From sequence record PV245934.1: a stretch of 64,000 nt of DNA; one strand, written 5' to 3'. The DNA is from Escherichia phage sutha. Below are positions 1-11,511 of this stretch, piece by piece (the first letter of the stretch is position 1; each line of letters starts with the position of its first letter). Below the pieces are notes generated by a model. That model saw only the letters and a list, made by a program, of their open reading frames with translations, did not search any database and was not told where the DNA came from. Both the position numbers and the translations under genes were made by a program.

Positions 1-2
1 CT

Positions 3-41
3 GGTGCAGATTTCGATGAGTTAACTGGTCTTGCAGGTTAA
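3..41 (+). CDS. 3' end of upstream late structural gene (tail sheath gp18 expected by T4 synteny), partial
   Basis: Open frame from window edge ending GADFDELTGLAG then TAA at 39-41, directly upstream of gene 19; identity by synteny only. Confidence 0.4.
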   Translation, partial: GADFDELTGLAG

Positions 42-57
42 TACGGTGCATTCTAAA

Positions 58-75
58 GGCCTGTTTCGGCAGGCC
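58..75 (+). terminator. GC-rich stem-loop GGCCTG-tttcgg-CAGGCC after upstream gene
   Basis: Perfect 6-bp inverted repeat read directly; no strong T-run, so may be an RNA-stability hairpin rather than a terminator. Confidence 0.4.
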
Positions 76-76
76 A

Positions 77-84
77 TATAAATA
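77..84 (+). promoter_or_regulatory. T4-type late promoter TATAAATA
   Basis: Exact TATAAATA upstream of gene 19. Confidence 0.6.
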
Positions 85-135
85 CACTATATCCTTAATT
101 CTTTAATTCTATATGCCCTAGGTTAAACATAGGGA

Positions 136-143
136 TATAAATA
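136..143 (+). promoter_or_regulatory. T4-type late promoter TATAAATA (gene 19)
   Basis: Exact TATAAATA 15 bp upstream of gene 19 ATG. Confidence 0.7.
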
Positions 144-157
144 CTACAGAGGCTAAT

Positions 158-649
158 ATGTTTGTAGATGATGTAACACGAGCGTTTGAATCTGGTGATT
201 TTGCTCGACCTAACTTATTCCAAGTAGAAATTTCTTATCTTGGACAAAATTTTACGTTTCAATGTAAAGCCACTGCTTTACCAGCTGGTATTGTAGAAAA
301 AATTCCAGTCGGATTTATGAACCGTAAAATTAACGTAGCAGGCGATCGTACATTCGATGACTGGACTGTTACAGTAATGAACGATGAGGCACATGATGCT
401 CGCCAGAAGTTTGTTGATTGGCAAAGCATTGCTGCTGGGCAAGGGAACGAAATTACTGGTGGAAAACCAGCAGAGTATAAAAAGAGTGCTATTGTACGCC
501 AATATGCTCGTGACGCTAAAACTGTAACAAAAGAAATCGAAATTAAAGGCTTGTGGCCTACCAACGTGGGTGAACTTCAATTAGATTGGGATTCAAACAA
601 TGAAATCCAAACCTTTGAAGTAACTCTCGCTCTCGATTATTGGGAATAA
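158..649 (+). CDS. 19: tail tube protein gp19
   Basis: 163 aa; MFVDDVTRAFESGDFARPNLFQVEISYLG... matches T4 gp19 by recall; synteny 19-20-67-68-21-22-23. Confidence 0.95.
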   Translation: MFVDDVTRAFESGDFARPNLFQVEISYLGQNFTFQCKATALPAGIVEKIPVGFMNRKINVAGDRTFDDWTVTVMNDEAHDARQKFVDWQSIAAGQGNEITGGKPAEYKKSAIVRQYARDAKTVTKEIEIKGLWPTNVGELQLDWDSNNEIQTFEVTLALDYWE

Positions 650-681
650 AATGAATGGGGAGAAATCCCCATCCTGCTTAA

Positions 682-2306
<1,625 letters not shown>

Positions 2307-2307
<1 letters not shown>

Positions 2308-2555
2308 TGGAAGGTTTAATTGAAGCTATTAAATCAAACGACCTCGTAGCCGCTCGTAAATTATTTGCTGAAGCCATGGCTGCAAGAACGATTGATTTAA
2401 TTAAAGAAGAAAAAATCGCTATCGCTCGTAATTTCTTAATCGAAGGTGAAGAACCTGATGATGAGGATGATGAAGACGAGGATGATGACGAAGATAGCGA
2501 TGATAAAGACGACAAAAAAGACAAAGACTCTGACGAAGACGAGGATGATGAATAA
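2307..2555 (+). CDS. 67: prohead core protein gp67, acidic D/E-rich C-terminus
   Basis: 82 aa, TAATG overlap with gene 20 stop; acidic tail [13 protein letters not shown]; position matches T4 gene 67. Confidence 0.85.
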
Positions 2556-2980
2556 TGCTTCTGATCCCTGAAACTCATGAATTAGTTCTCGAGAATGTCG
2601 AAGCACTTATTCCTGAAGCACAGGGTCGCTTTGACGAATTGTCTTCTGCTTTAAATAAAGACGATATAAATACAATTGTCGAGAATATGCTTGATGATGA
2701 AACTGATTTAGCAATTGCATTAGCTTCTATTAATGAAGATATGCCGCTAAATGAATTCATCGTTAAACATGTTTCTGCTCGTGGTGAAATTACACGTACT
2801 AAAGACCGCAAGACGCGTGAACGTAATGCATTTCAAACCACCGGGCTGTCTAAAGCAAAACGTAGACAAATTGCTCGCAAAGCTACCAAAACGAAGATTG
2901 CCAATCCAGCAGGTCAATCTCGTGCTCAGCGTAAGCGTAAAAAAGCTCTTAAACGCCGTAAAGCATTAGGATTAAGCTAA
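2555..2980 (+). CDS. 68: prohead core protein gp68
   Basis: 141 aa, start overlaps gene 67 stop; size and position match T4 gp68. Confidence 0.85.
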   Translation: MLLIPETHELVLENVEALIPEAQGRFDELSSALNKDDINTIVENMLDDETDLAIALASINEDMPLNEFIVKHVSARGEITRTKDRKTRERNAFQTTGLSKAKRRQIARKATKTKIANPAGQSRAQRKRKKALKRRKALGLS

Positions 2981-3618
2981 TGAATGAACCCCAATTACTA
3001 ATTGAAACTTGGGGTCAACCTGGCGAAATTATTGATGGTGTGCCAATGCTTGAATCCCACGATGGAAAAGACTTAGGTTTAAAACCTGGTTTATACATCG
3101 AAGGAATATTCATGCAAGCGGAAGTCGTCAATAGAAATAAACGTCTTTATCCAAAACGCATATTAGAAAAAGCGGTAAAAGACTATATCAATGAGCAAGT
3201 TTTAACTAAACAAGCTCTCGGAGAATTAAATCATCCTCCACGCGCTAATGTTGACCCGATGCAAGCCGCTATCATTATAGAAGATATGTGGTGGAAAGGA
3301 AATGACGTATACGGACGAGCTCGTGTTATTGAAGGTGACCATGGTCCTGGAGATAAATTAGCAGCTAATATTCGTGCCGGATGGATTCCAGGAGTTTCTT
3401 CTCGTGGATTAGGTTCATTGACTGACACAAATAAAGGTTATCGTATCGTAAACGAAGGATTCAAATTAACTGTAGGTGTTGATGCAGTATGGGGTCCAAG
3501 TGCTCCAGATGCATGGGTAACTCCTAAGGAAATTACCGAATCACAGACGGCGGAAGCCGATACAAGTGCCGATGACGCCTATATGGCTCTCGCAGAGGCC
3601 ATGAAAAAAGCGTTATAA
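2980..3618 (+). CDS. 21: prohead core scaffold protein and protease gp21
   Basis: 212 aa, size and position match T4 gp21 prohead protease. Confidence 0.9.
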   Translation: MNEPQLLIETWGQPGEIIDGVPMLESHDGKDLGLKPGLYIEGIFMQAEVVNRNKRLYPKRILEKAVKDYINEQVLTKQALGELNHPPRANVDPMQAAIIIEDMWWKGNDVYGRARVIEGDHGPGDKLAANIRAGWIPGVSSRGLGSLTDTNKGYRIVNEGFKLTVGVDAVWGPSAPDAWVTPKEITESQTAEADTSADDAYMALAEAMKKAL

Positions 3619-3648
3619 ATATTATTATCTAAACAACAGGACTACAAA

Positions 3649-4458
3649 ATGCTTAAAGAACAACTGATTGCTGAAGCGCAAAAAATTGATGCTTCCGTTG
3701 CTCTTGATAGTATTTTCGAATCAGTTAATATTTCTCCGGAAGCAAAAGAAACTTTCGGCACTGTATTCGAAGCTACCGTCAAGCAGCACGCCGTTAAATT
3801 AGCTGAATCTCATATCGCTAAAATTGCTGAAAAAGCAGAAGAAGAAGTAGAAAAAAATAAAGAAGAAGCCGAAGAAAAAGCTGAGAAGAAAATCGCTGAG
3901 CAAGCTTCTAAATTCATCGACCATCTTGCGAAAGAATGGCTCGCTGAAAATAAATTAGCAGTTGATAAAGGCATCAAAGCCGAACTGTTTGAATCCATGC
4001 TTGGTGGATTAAAAGAGCTCTTTGTTGAACACAACGTTGTTGTTCCAGAAGAATCAGTTGATGTTGTAGCTGAAATGGAAGAAGAGCTGCAAGAACATAA
4101 AGAAGAATCAGCTCGTCTGTTCGAAGAACTCAATAAGCGTGACGCATATATCAATTATGTGCAGCGTGAAGTGGCATTGAGCGAAAGTACTAAAGATCTG
4201 ACTGAGTCTCAAAAAGAAAAAGTCTCTGCTCTGGTCGAAGGTATGGATTATTCAGATGAATTCTCAAATAAATTGAGTGCCATCGTAGAAATGGTGAAGA
4301 AGTCTAATAAAGATGAAAGCACTATTACTGAGGGTATAAATACTCCTGATACTGAAGCAGTCGGACTGAATTTCGTCACTGAAGCTGTAGAAGATAAAGC
4401 TGCACCTGGTGCAGAAGATATTGTAAGTGTATATGCGAAAGTCGCATCTCGTTTCTAA
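3649..4458 (+). CDS. 22: major prohead scaffolding core protein gp22
   Basis: 269 aa, E/K-rich coiled-coil-like sequence; T4 gp22 size and position. Confidence 0.9.
   Translation: MLKEQLIAEAQKIDASVALDSIFESVNISPEAKETFGTVFEATVKQHAVKLAESHIAKIAEKAEEEVEKNKEEAEEKAEKKIAEQASKFIDHLAKEWLAENKLAVDKGIKAELFESMLGGLKELFVEHNVVVPEESVDVVAEMEEELQEHKEESARLFEELNKRDAYINYVQREVALSESTKDLTESQKEKVSALVEGMDYSDEFSNKLSAIVEMVKKSNKDESTITEGINTPDTEAVGLNFVTEAVEDKAAPGAEDIVSVYAKVASRF
4335..4342 (+). promoter_or_regulatory. late promoter TATAAATA inside 3' end of gene 22 (P23)
   Basis: Exact TATAAATA ~135 bp upstream of gene 23 ATG, as known for the T4 gene 23 late promoter. Confidence 0.6.
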
Positions 4459-4476
4459 TTTTAAAGGTTAACACAA

Positions 4477-6042
4477 ATGACTATCAAAACTAAAGCTGAA
4501 CTTTTGAACAAATGGAAGCCATTACTGGAAGGTGAAGGTTTACCGGAAATTGCTAATAGCAAACAAGCGATTATCGCTAAAATCTTTGAAAACCAGGAAA
4601 AAGATTTCCAGACAGCTCCAGAGTACAAAGACGAAAAAATCGCTCAGGCGTTCGGTTCTTTCTTAACAGAAGCTGAAATCGGTGGTGACCACGGTTACAA
4701 TGCTACTAACATCGCTGCTGGTCAGACTTCTGGCGCAGTAACTCAGATTGGCCCAGCTGTTATGGGTATGGTACGTCGTGCTATTCCTAACCTGATTGCT
4801 TTCGATATTTGTGGCGTTCAGCCGATGAACAGCCCGACTGGCCAGGTATTCGCACTGCGTGCAGTATATGGTAAAGACCCAATCGCTGCCGATGCTAAAG
4901 AAGCATTCCACCCAATGTATGGTCCAGATGCAATGTTCTCTGGTCAGGGTGCTGCTAAGAAATTCCCAGCTCTGGCTGCTAGCACACAAACCGTTGTAGG
5001 TGATATCTATACTCACTTCTTCCAGGAAACTGGTACTGTGTATCTGCAAGCTTCCGCTGTAGTAACAATCGATGCTAGTGCTAACGATGCAACTAAACTG
5101 GATGCTGAAATTAAGAAACAAATGGAAGCTGGTGTACTGGTAGAAATCGCTGAAGGTATGGCTACTTCTATCGCTGAACTTCAGGAAGGTTTCAACGGTT
5201 CTACCGATAACCCATGGAATGAAATGGGCTTCCGTATCGATAAACAAGTTATCGAAGCTAAATCTCGTCAGCTGAAAGCTGCTTACTCTATCGAATTAGC
5301 ACAAGACCTCCGCGCTGTTCACGGTATGGATGCTGATGCTGAACTGTCTGGTATTCTGGCTACAGAAATCATGCTGGAAATCAACCGTGAAGTTGTTGAT
5401 TGGATTAACTACTCAGCTCAGGTTGGTAAATCTGGTATGACCCTGACTCCGGGTTCTAAAGCTGGTGTATTTGACTTCCAGGATCCGATTGATATTCGTG
5501 GTGCTCGCTGGGCGGGTGAATCCTTTAAAGCTCTGTTGTTCCAGATTGACAAAGAAGCAGTTGAAATTGCTCGTCAGACCGGCCGTGGTGAAGGTAACTT
5601 CATTATCGCTTCCCGTAACGTAGTTAACGTTCTGGCTTCAGTTGATACCGGCATTTCTTATGCTGCGCAGGGTCTGGCTACCGGCTTTAATACTGATACT
5701 ACCAAGTCAGTATTTGCTGGTGTTCTGGGTGGTAAATACCGTGTATATATCGACCAGTATGCTAAACAGGATTATTTCACTGTAGGTTATAAAGGTCCGA
5801 ACGAAATGGATGCTGGTATTTACTATGCTCCATATGTAGCTCTGACTCCGCTGCGTGGTTCCGATCCGAAGAACTTCCAACCAGTAATGGGATTCAAAAC
5901 TCGTTACGGTATCGGTATCAACCCATTTGCAGAATCCGCTGCTCAGGCTCCGGCTTCTCGCATCCAGAGCGGTATGCCTTCTATTCTGAATAGCCTTGGT
6001 AAAAACGCTTACTTCCGCCGTGTATATGTTAAAGGTATCTAA
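4477..6042 (+). CDS. 23: major capsid protein gp23
   Basis: 521 aa; MTIKTKAELLNKWKPLLEGEGLPEIANSKQAIIAKIFENQ... matches T4 gp23 by recall. Confidence 0.97.
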   Translation: MTIKTKAELLNKWKPLLEGEGLPEIANSKQAIIAKIFENQEKDFQTAPEYKDEKIAQAFGSFLTEAEIGGDHGYNATNIAAGQTSGAVTQIGPAVMGMVRRAIPNLIAFDICGVQPMNSPTGQVFALRAVYGKDPIAADAKEAFHPMYGPDAMFSGQGAAKKFPALAASTQTVVGDIYTHFFQETGTVYLQASAVVTIDASANDATKLDAEIKKQMEAGVLVEIAEGMATSIAELQEGFNGSTDNPWNEMGFRIDKQVIEAKSRQLKAAYSIELAQDLRAVHGMDADAELSGILATEIMLEINREVVDWINYSAQVGKSGMTLTPGSKAGVFDFQDPIDIRGARWAGESFKALLFQIDKEAVEIARQTGRGEGNFIIASRNVVNVLASVDTGISYAAQGLATGFNTDTTKSVFAGVLGGKYRVYIDQYAKQDYFTVGYKGPNEMDAGIYYAPYVALTPLRGSDPKNFQPVMGFKTRYGIGINPFAESAAQAPASRIQSGMPSILNSLGKNAYFRRVYVKGI

Positions 6043-6057
6043 TCTTTGACGATTTAA

Positions 6058-6073
6058 GGGACCTTCGGGTCCC
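6058..6073 (+). terminator. intrinsic terminator GGGACC-ttcg-GGTCCC with UUCG tetraloop
   Basis: Perfect hairpin followed by T-rich tract directly after gene 23 stop. Confidence 0.75.
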
Positions 6074-6090
6074 TTTAGTTGTTTTTATGG

Positions 6091-6098
6091 TATAAATA
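6091..6098 (+). promoter_or_regulatory. late promoter TATAAATA (gene 24)
   Basis: Exact TATAAATA 28 bp upstream of gene 24 ATG. Confidence 0.7.
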
Positions 6099-6125
6099 AA
6101 TCATATAAACCAAAAGGAAAGCGCA

Positions 6126-7409
6126 ATGGCTAAAATCAACGAACTTCTGCGCGAATCAACCACAACGAATAGCAACTCAATCGGTCGCCCAAATCTCGTT
6201 GCTTTGACTCGCGCTACCACTAAATTAATATATTCTGACATTGTAGCAACGCAAAGAACTAATCAACCTGTTGCTGCTTTTTATGGTATCAAATACCTTA
6301 ACCCAGATAACGAATTTACATTTAAAACTGGTGCTACTTACGCTGGCGAAGCTGGGTACGTAGACCGAGAACAAATCACAGAATTAACAGAAGAGTCTAA
6401 ATTAACTCTCAATAAAGGCGATTTATTCAAATATAATAATATCGTTTATAAAGTATTAGAAGATACACCATTTGCTACCATTGAAGAAAGCGATTTAGAA
6501 TTAGCTCTTCAGATTGCAATTGTTCTTTTAAAGGTTCGTTTATTTTCTGATGCTGCAGTAACAAGCAAATTTGAAAGCTCTGATAGTGAAATTGCGGATG
6601 CTAGATTCCAGATTAATAAATGGCAAACCGCAGTTAAATCTCGTAAACTTAAAACTGGCATCACAGTTGAATTAGCACAAGATTTAGAAGCAAATGGATT
6701 CGATGCTCCTAATTTCTTGGAAGATTTGCTTGCAACTGAAATGGCAGATGAAATCAATAAAGATATTCTGCAGTCTTTGATTACAGTATCAAAACGCTAT
6801 AAAGTTACAGGAATTACTGATACTGGATTCATTGATTTGAGTTATGCATCTGCACCTGAAGCTGGTCGTTCATTATACCGAATGGTGTGTGAAATGGTTT
6901 CGCATATCCAAAAAGAATCAACTTATACTGCAACGTTCTGTGTTGCTTCAGCTCGTGCTGCTGCGATTCTTGCTGCATCAGGTTGGTTAAAACATAAACC
7001 AGAAGATGATAAATATCTTTCACAAAATGCCTACGGGTTCTTAGCTAATGGTTTACCGCTTTATTGCGATACCAACAGCCCATTAGATTATGTAATCGTT
7101 GGTGTAGTAGAAAATATCGGTGAAAAAGAAATTGTTGGATCAATTTTCTATGCTCCGTATACAGAAGGTCTTGACTTAGATGACCCTGAACATGTAGGTG
7201 CATTTAAAGTTGTAGTTGATCCAGAAAGCTTACAACCATCTATCGGTTTATTGGTTAGATATGCTTTATCTGCAAATCCTTACACTGTAGCAAAAGATGA
7301 AAAAGAAGCAAGAATAATTGATGGTGGAGACATGGATAAAATGGCGGGTCGTTCAGATTTGTCTGTTTTATTAGGTGTTAAATTACCAAAAATTATCGTT
7401 GATGAATAA
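6126..7409 (+). CDS. 24: capsid vertex protein gp24
   Basis: 427 aa, gp23 paralogue pattern; T4 gp24 size and position. Confidence 0.95.
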   Translation: MAKINELLRESTTTNSNSIGRPNLVALTRATTKLIYSDIVATQRTNQPVAAFYGIKYLNPDNEFTFKTGATYAGEAGYVDREQITELTEESKLTLNKGDLFKYNNIVYKVLEDTPFATIEESDLELALQIAIVLLKVRLFSDAAVTSKFESSDSEIADARFQINKWQTAVKSRKLKTGITVELAQDLEANGFDAPNFLEDLLATEMADEINKDILQSLITVSKRYKVTGITDTGFIDLSYASAPEAGRSLYRMVCEMVSHIQKESTYTATFCVASARAAAILAASGWLKHKPEDDKYLSQNAYGFLANGLPLYCDTNSPLDYVIVGVVENIGEKEIVGSIFYAPYTEGLDLDDPEHVGAFKVVVDPESLQPSIGLLVRYALSANPYTVAKDEKEARIIDGGDMDKMAGRSDLSVLLGVKLPKIIVDE

Positions 7410-7415
7410 AACAAA

Positions 7416-7431
7416 GGGACCGAAAGGTCCC
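7416..7431. terminator. bidirectional terminator GGGACC-gaaa-GGTCCC between convergent gene 24 and rnlB
   Basis: Palindromic hairpin flanked by A-run on the left and T-run on the right. Confidence 0.7.
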
Positions 7432-7438
7432 TTTTTAT

Positions 7439-8443
7439 TTAACTTACCAGTTCAATCCAAGCCGGACGAAGTACATCTTGTACCATTTTAACTAATTCCT
7501 TTTTAATCAAAGAAGGATTATCCGCTTGAGTTAAAGTAATACCTTCACGAGAAGTTTCTTCCAAAATATCTTGAACAGTTAGTCCCATCACCTTTCCAAA
7601 ATCCTTTGGACCAATTTCGCCAATTTTAGAAATAACGTTATTTACTCGGTTCAGTGTAACGTAGCAAGCTAAAATTCCCAGCAATTTATTATCAGCTTCT
7701 GACAGCTCAACTTTAGCTTTAATAGGCTTATCAGACTTTTTCTTTTCGCTAAATTTAGAGTTCTTGCATTTAATAGCTACACGATTGCCATTAGGCATCC
7801 AAGAAGGATAACAAGGTTTCAATACATAACCTTCAGCGGTAAATACTTCACCTTTCGCTTCGGCATTCCAAACGCATTTATTTGCATCAACTAATCCAGC
7901 ATGGTCTACTGTAAAATTATAATCCTGGACGACAGAATCTAAATCATTTGGCAATTTAATAAGTTCTTCAAATTTACCACGACCCAAAAGTGGAGCCATT
8001 TTAAATTTGAATGTATTACAGAATGATTCCATCATATAATCATCGACATAAGTCACATCACCACTTTCTGTAGTAACAATAATGTCAAATACATAAAAAT
8101 CTTTATCGCCATAATCAACATTCTTCTGAATGCCAGGTCCAGCAAATTCGCCGAAGACTTGATAAGATACAACTGCTGAAGTTTCCATAATATCTTGTAC
8201 TGCTTTAATGGAATCAGCGTAATTCTTTAGAATAATTTCATACCCAAAGAAATCTTCAGCAGGAAGAATCGGTCCAGTACGTTTAGCACAAGTTGCTTTA
8301 TCGCGTTCAATAATCAGTGAGAAATTTGTGCCATGAATCTTTTCACGAGCTACCCATTCGCCGCCAGTCAATCCTAAACTGTAAAGTTTTTCAATGAATT
8401 TAGAATTGTAATGATTTTCAAGACTGCTATACTTTTTAAACAT
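7439..8443 (-). CDS. rnlB: RNA ligase 2 (Rnl2)
   Basis: 334 aa; [20 protein letters not shown]...KIHGTNFS with ligase lysine motif KxHGxN; matches T4 gp24.1 by recall. Confidence 0.93.
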   Translation of the reverse strand: MFKKYSSLENHYNSKFIEKLYSLGLTGGEWVAREKIHGTNFSLIIERDKATCAKRTGPILPAEDFFGYEIILKNYADSIKAVQDIMETSAVVSYQVFGEFAGPGIQKNVDYGDKDFYVFDIIVTTESGDVTYVDDYMMESFCNTFKFKMAPLLGRGKFEELIKLPNDLDSVVQDYNFTVDHAGLVDANKCVWNAEAKGEVFTAEGYVLKPCYPSWMPNGNRVAIKCKNSKFSEKKKSDKPIKAKVELSEADNKLLGILACYVTLNRVNNVISKIGEIGPKDFGKVMGLTVQDILEETSREGITLTQADNPSLIKKELVKMVQDVLRPAWIELVS

Positions 8444-8452
8444 AATTAATCC

Positions 8453-8731
8453 TCAAAATGTAATTTCTAACCAATCACCATCACGCTGATCACTATTGAC
8501 TTTAAAGCTAAATCCTTCTTTTCTCAGCCAATCACCAATTTCTTCAGTAATCAATTTATCGCGAGCAGTACAATAATAACTAAAATATGTTTTACCTTGT
8601 TCAGCTGCTTTATTAGCAAGTTCCGAAAAATCTTTAATAAAACACTCTAGTTTAAACTGTTTACTTTTAAGTGCTTTTTCGCGTAATTGATTAGCAAAAG
8701 ATTCATTTTCATAAAGATCATACTGTTCCAT
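8453..8731 (-). CDS. hypothetical protein (T4 24.2 position)
   Basis: 92 aa ORF co-directional downstream of the next ORF. Confidence 0.6.
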   Translation of the reverse strand: MEQYDLYENESFANQLREKALKSKQFKLECFIKDFSELANKAAEQGKTYFSYYCTARDKLITEEIGDWLRKEGFSFKVNSDQRDGDWLEITF

Positions 8732-8933
8732 TTTTCACCTTTTTATTAATATGTCTTTTTCTATAGACAACTTTTTCTCGAGTCTCAAATTTATTTTTAG
8801 CAGTCATAGCTCGAGCCCATAATACAGCCACTTCTTTCGCCTGTAAGTTCAATTCACGAGCAATTTCAATGAATGACTTTCCAGACTCATGAAGAGTAAA
8901 CACCACAACCTCAGTTCTCATAATCAATCTCAT
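8718..8933 (-). CDS. hypothetical small protein with HTH-like segment (T4 24.3 position)
   Basis: 71 aa; ESGKSFIEIARELNLQAKEV resembles a helix-turn-helix. Confidence 0.55.
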   Translation of the reverse strand: MRLIMRTEVVVFTLHESGKSFIEIARELNLQAKEVAVLWARAMTAKNKFETREKVVYRKRHINKKVKNGTV

Positions 8934-9002
8934 GTTATCGAGTTGGTGCCATTATATACATCATTTTCTGATTGTGTTTTGTGTGCTTTCAAAATGAAGA
9001 AA

Positions 9003-9016
9003 GGGGCCGAAGCCCC
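9003..9016. terminator. hairpin GGGGC-cgaa-GCCCC
   Basis: Perfect GC stem with tetraloop between hoc end and 24.3 start. Confidence 0.6.
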
Positions 9017-9021
9017 TAAGA

Positions 9022-10152
9022 TTATGGATAGGTATAGATGATACCAGTTTCTAAAGCAGTTTTATGAATGATGTATCCATTGCGCGATTCTTGAACATCA
9101 ACTTCTGGATAGTCTTTCATCATCTTCTGAAGAGTGTAACGATGCAAGTAGTACTTACTATCTGGGTCGTCAGTTTTCCAATCTTTACCTTCTTCAGTCA
9201 TTTTTTGGATTTCATCCATAACCCACCAACCACACCAGATGTAAGCTGAAGTGCGATGTGGAAGAGGATGAACATAAGGTAATTCACCTTCTGGTTCTGG
9301 AGCAACTTTATCAGTTACCTGAACTTGACCTTCTGCTGTGATAGTTTTGCTATCATAATCAGTGGCAGTAACAGTTGCAGTAACTTCAATAGTTTGACTT
9401 CCAATAGATGATGTATCAACAGTGTATACATTAGTTGACCCTTCTACTGGAGAAGAATCTTTCTTCCATGAATATTCGATTTGTGCTTCTTCCGGAGCAT
9501 CCGTAACGTTAGCCGTAAATGTAGCCGAAGCATCTTGCTGAACATTAATAGAAGGAGGAGTCAATGTAACCTGTGGATTCATTGTCTTCTTATTAACAGT
9601 CAGTGATACTTCATTAGAAGTAACTTCCTTTGCATCATAATCTGTCGCGGTTACTTGGGCTACGCATTTAATTCTTTTTACTCCACTTGTAGTTGGAGTA
9701 TAGCTAAATGTAGCGGAAGTTGCTTCACTAACAGGAGAATCATCTACATGCCACTGATACGTAGCAGATGCGCCTGATGGTTGAGAAGCTAAAGCAGCAG
9801 TAAATTCAACAGGAGTTCCAATCACTCCAGCAGCAGGACTATCAGGAGTTACAGCTAAGGTAGTTGTCTGTGTCTTATTTTGAACTGTGATAGTTGTACT
9901 AATTTCTGCTGTTTCAGCTTCGGTATCAGGAATAGTATTTGTTGCAACAACTTTAATTGTTTTTGTTCCAGCAGGTCCTTTTAACACATAATCAAAAGTT
10001 TCTGCCGATCCTACTTGAGGAGCATCGTCTACACTCCATGCATAGGTAATAGTTCCACCTCCAGTTTCACCACTGGGTGTAGCAGTAAACTGCTGAGTCT
10101 GATCTATAACTCCAGTAGGTGTTTTAGGAGTTATATCAACTGTAAAAGCCAT
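9022..10152 (-). CDS. hoc: head outer capsid protein Hoc, three Ig-like repeats
   Basis: 376 aa; three ~90-aa repeats each ending in ...TATDYD...; T4 Hoc size and position. Confidence 0.93.
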   Translation of the reverse strand: MAFTVDITPKTPTGVIDQTQQFTATPSGETGGGTITYAWSVDDAPQVGSAETFDYVLKGPAGTKTIKVVATNTIPDTEAETAEISTTITVQNKTQTTTLAVTPDSPAAGVIGTPVEFTAALASQPSGASATYQWHVDDSPVSEATSATFSYTPTTSGVKRIKCVAQVTATDYDAKEVTSNEVSLTVNKKTMNPQVTLTPPSINVQQDASATFTANVTDAPEEAQIEYSWKKDSSPVEGSTNVYTVDTSSIGSQTIEVTATVTATDYDSKTITAEGQVQVTDKVAPEPEGELPYVHPLPHRTSAYIWCGWWVMDEIQKMTEEGKDWKTDDPDSKYYLHRYTLQKMMKDYPEVDVQESRNGYIIHKTALETGIIYTYP

Positions 10153-10161
10153 AAGTTATCC

Positions 10162-10842
10162 TTATTTTAATGTTACGAAAGAAGAATTGCGTGTTTCACG
10201 AATTAGAACTGATCCGTCGCGATTAATGTAATAAATTAAGCTAAATAAAGTTTGATGTGCCGACGCGTGTTCAAAACTAGTTGGGTGAGATTTCCAATCC
10301 GGAGTTTCAGCAATCCATTGGTAAATCCACCAAGGAACAGTGCAGAATCCTGGATTTTTTCCAATCAGCTGAAGATTCGGACTAAAGTTTTCCGGAAGAG
10401 TAAATACAGACGGCTTTTCAGATTCAATAATCTCAGCTACAGCCTGCTCGAATTTTTCTTCAACAAAAGGAGTATCTTCAATTAAAACATCGGTATTTTC
10501 AGGAATTTTATCCGTTTCGACTACTTCAATTTTAATATCAGATTTAACCGGAGAATCAATCAGAAGTGCTGCTTCTGGATTGACTTCTTCATCGTCATAT
10601 TTTAATCCCTCTGCAGCATCAGCAGCATTAATTAAGTCTTTAATAGATAACCCATCAGTCTCTGGCATAGGTTCACTAGCGAGCTTCTGGAGGGCTTCTT
10701 CAATATCAATAACGATATTATCAAAAGATTTATTCTTTTTGACCTTTATACCAAACTGTTCAGCATATTCAGCTAATTTAGCCTTAGCTTCTTTATTATC
10801 ATCAAGAGCCTTCAGCTCTGCAATATAATCTTTATCTATCAT
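10162..10842 (-). CDS. inh: inhibitor of prohead protease gp21 (Inh)
   Basis: 226 aa, position between hoc and segE/uvsW as in T4. Confidence 0.8.
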   Translation of the reverse strand: MIDKDYIAELKALDDNKEAKAKLAEYAEQFGIKVKKNKSFDNIVIDIEEALQKLASEPMPETDGLSIKDLINAADAAEGLKYDDEEVNPEAALLIDSPVKSDIKIEVVETDKIPENTDVLIEDTPFVEEKFEQAVAEIIESEKPSVFTLPENFSPNLQLIGKNPGFCTVPWWIYQWIAETPDWKSHPTSFEHASAHQTLFSLIYYINRDGSVLIRETRNSSFVTLK

Positions 10843-10858
10843 AATATTTCCTCAGTAT

Positions 10859-10866
10859 AAATATAG
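10859..10866 (+). promoter_or_regulatory. late promoter TATAAATA upstream of segE-like ORF and uvsW
   Basis: Exact TATAAATA 26 bp upstream of the ATG at 10892. Confidence 0.6.
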
Positions 10867-10891
10867 ATATATTTATTACTCGGAAAATAGT

Positions 10892-11509
10892 ATGTACCAC
10901 TTTGTATATGAAACAACAAATCTAATAAACGGTAAAAAGTATATAGGAAAACACTCTACTGATGACTTGAATGATGGTTACCTTGGTTCCGGTAAGGCAA
11001 TTCAACAGGCTATAAAGAAATATGGTGAAAACAATTTCTCTAGAACAATACTAAAAGAGTTTAAAACTTCCGAAGAAGCGTACATGTATGAAGAAGAAAT
11101 TATAACTCCTGAACTAATAAAAAGCAAAAATTATTATAATATGAAACCTGGTGGAATTGGTGGAATTGTTATGACTGCAGAGGTTATAGCAAAGATGAAA
11201 GAATCTTCCGCTAAGAGATTTGAAAACTCACCGGGCACGGTATTAGGTACAACTTGTTACACCAATGGAACTAAAAATATTTTTATTAAACCTGGAGAAC
11301 TTGTTCCAGAAGGATTTGTAAAAGGAATGGTTCATCCTAATAGAAAGTCCAGAAAAGGATGTAAAGTCAAACCGACTACCACAGGAACTTTTTGGGTCAA
11401 TAACGGTGCAATAAATAAATTAATACATCCAGACGGTATTATTCCCGACGGATTTATTAAAGGTCGTCTCATGAAAAGAGACTCTAAAGGCAAATTTAGT
11501 AAGGCATAA
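10892..11509 (+). CDS. segE: free-standing GIY-YIG homing endonuclease (SegE-like)
   Basis: 205 aa; N-term YHFVYETTNLINGKKYIGKHS...YLGSG is a GIY-YIG domain; C-term repeated PEGFVKG/PDGFIKG modules; location hoc/inh-uvsW matches T4 segE. Confidence 0.85.
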   Translation: MYHFVYETTNLINGKKYIGKHSTDDLNDGYLGSGKAIQQAIKKYGENNFSRTILKEFKTSEEAYMYEEEIITPELIKSKNYYNMKPGGIGGIVMTAEVIAKMKESSAKRFENSPGTVLGTTCYTNGTKNIFIKPGELVPEGFVKGMVHPNRKSRKGCKVKPTTTGTFWVNNGAINKLIHPDGIIPDGFIKGRLMKRDSKGKFSKA

Positions 11510-11511
11510 TT

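Noticed and set aside
259-580. Two minus-strand ORFs (101 and 100 aa) inside gene 19
   Set aside because: Fully antisense to a confidently identified tail tube gene; low-complexity translations and no start signals; treated as frame artefacts
2440-2555. Apparent GAT/GAA/GAC simple-sequence repeat
   Set aside because: It is the coding sequence of the acidic C-terminus of gp67, not a non-coding repeat element or CRISPR-like array
4663-5247. 194-aa minus-strand ORF inside gene 23
   Set aside because: Antisense to the major capsid gene; no promoter or ribosome-binding site; Cys/Ser-rich nonsense-like translation
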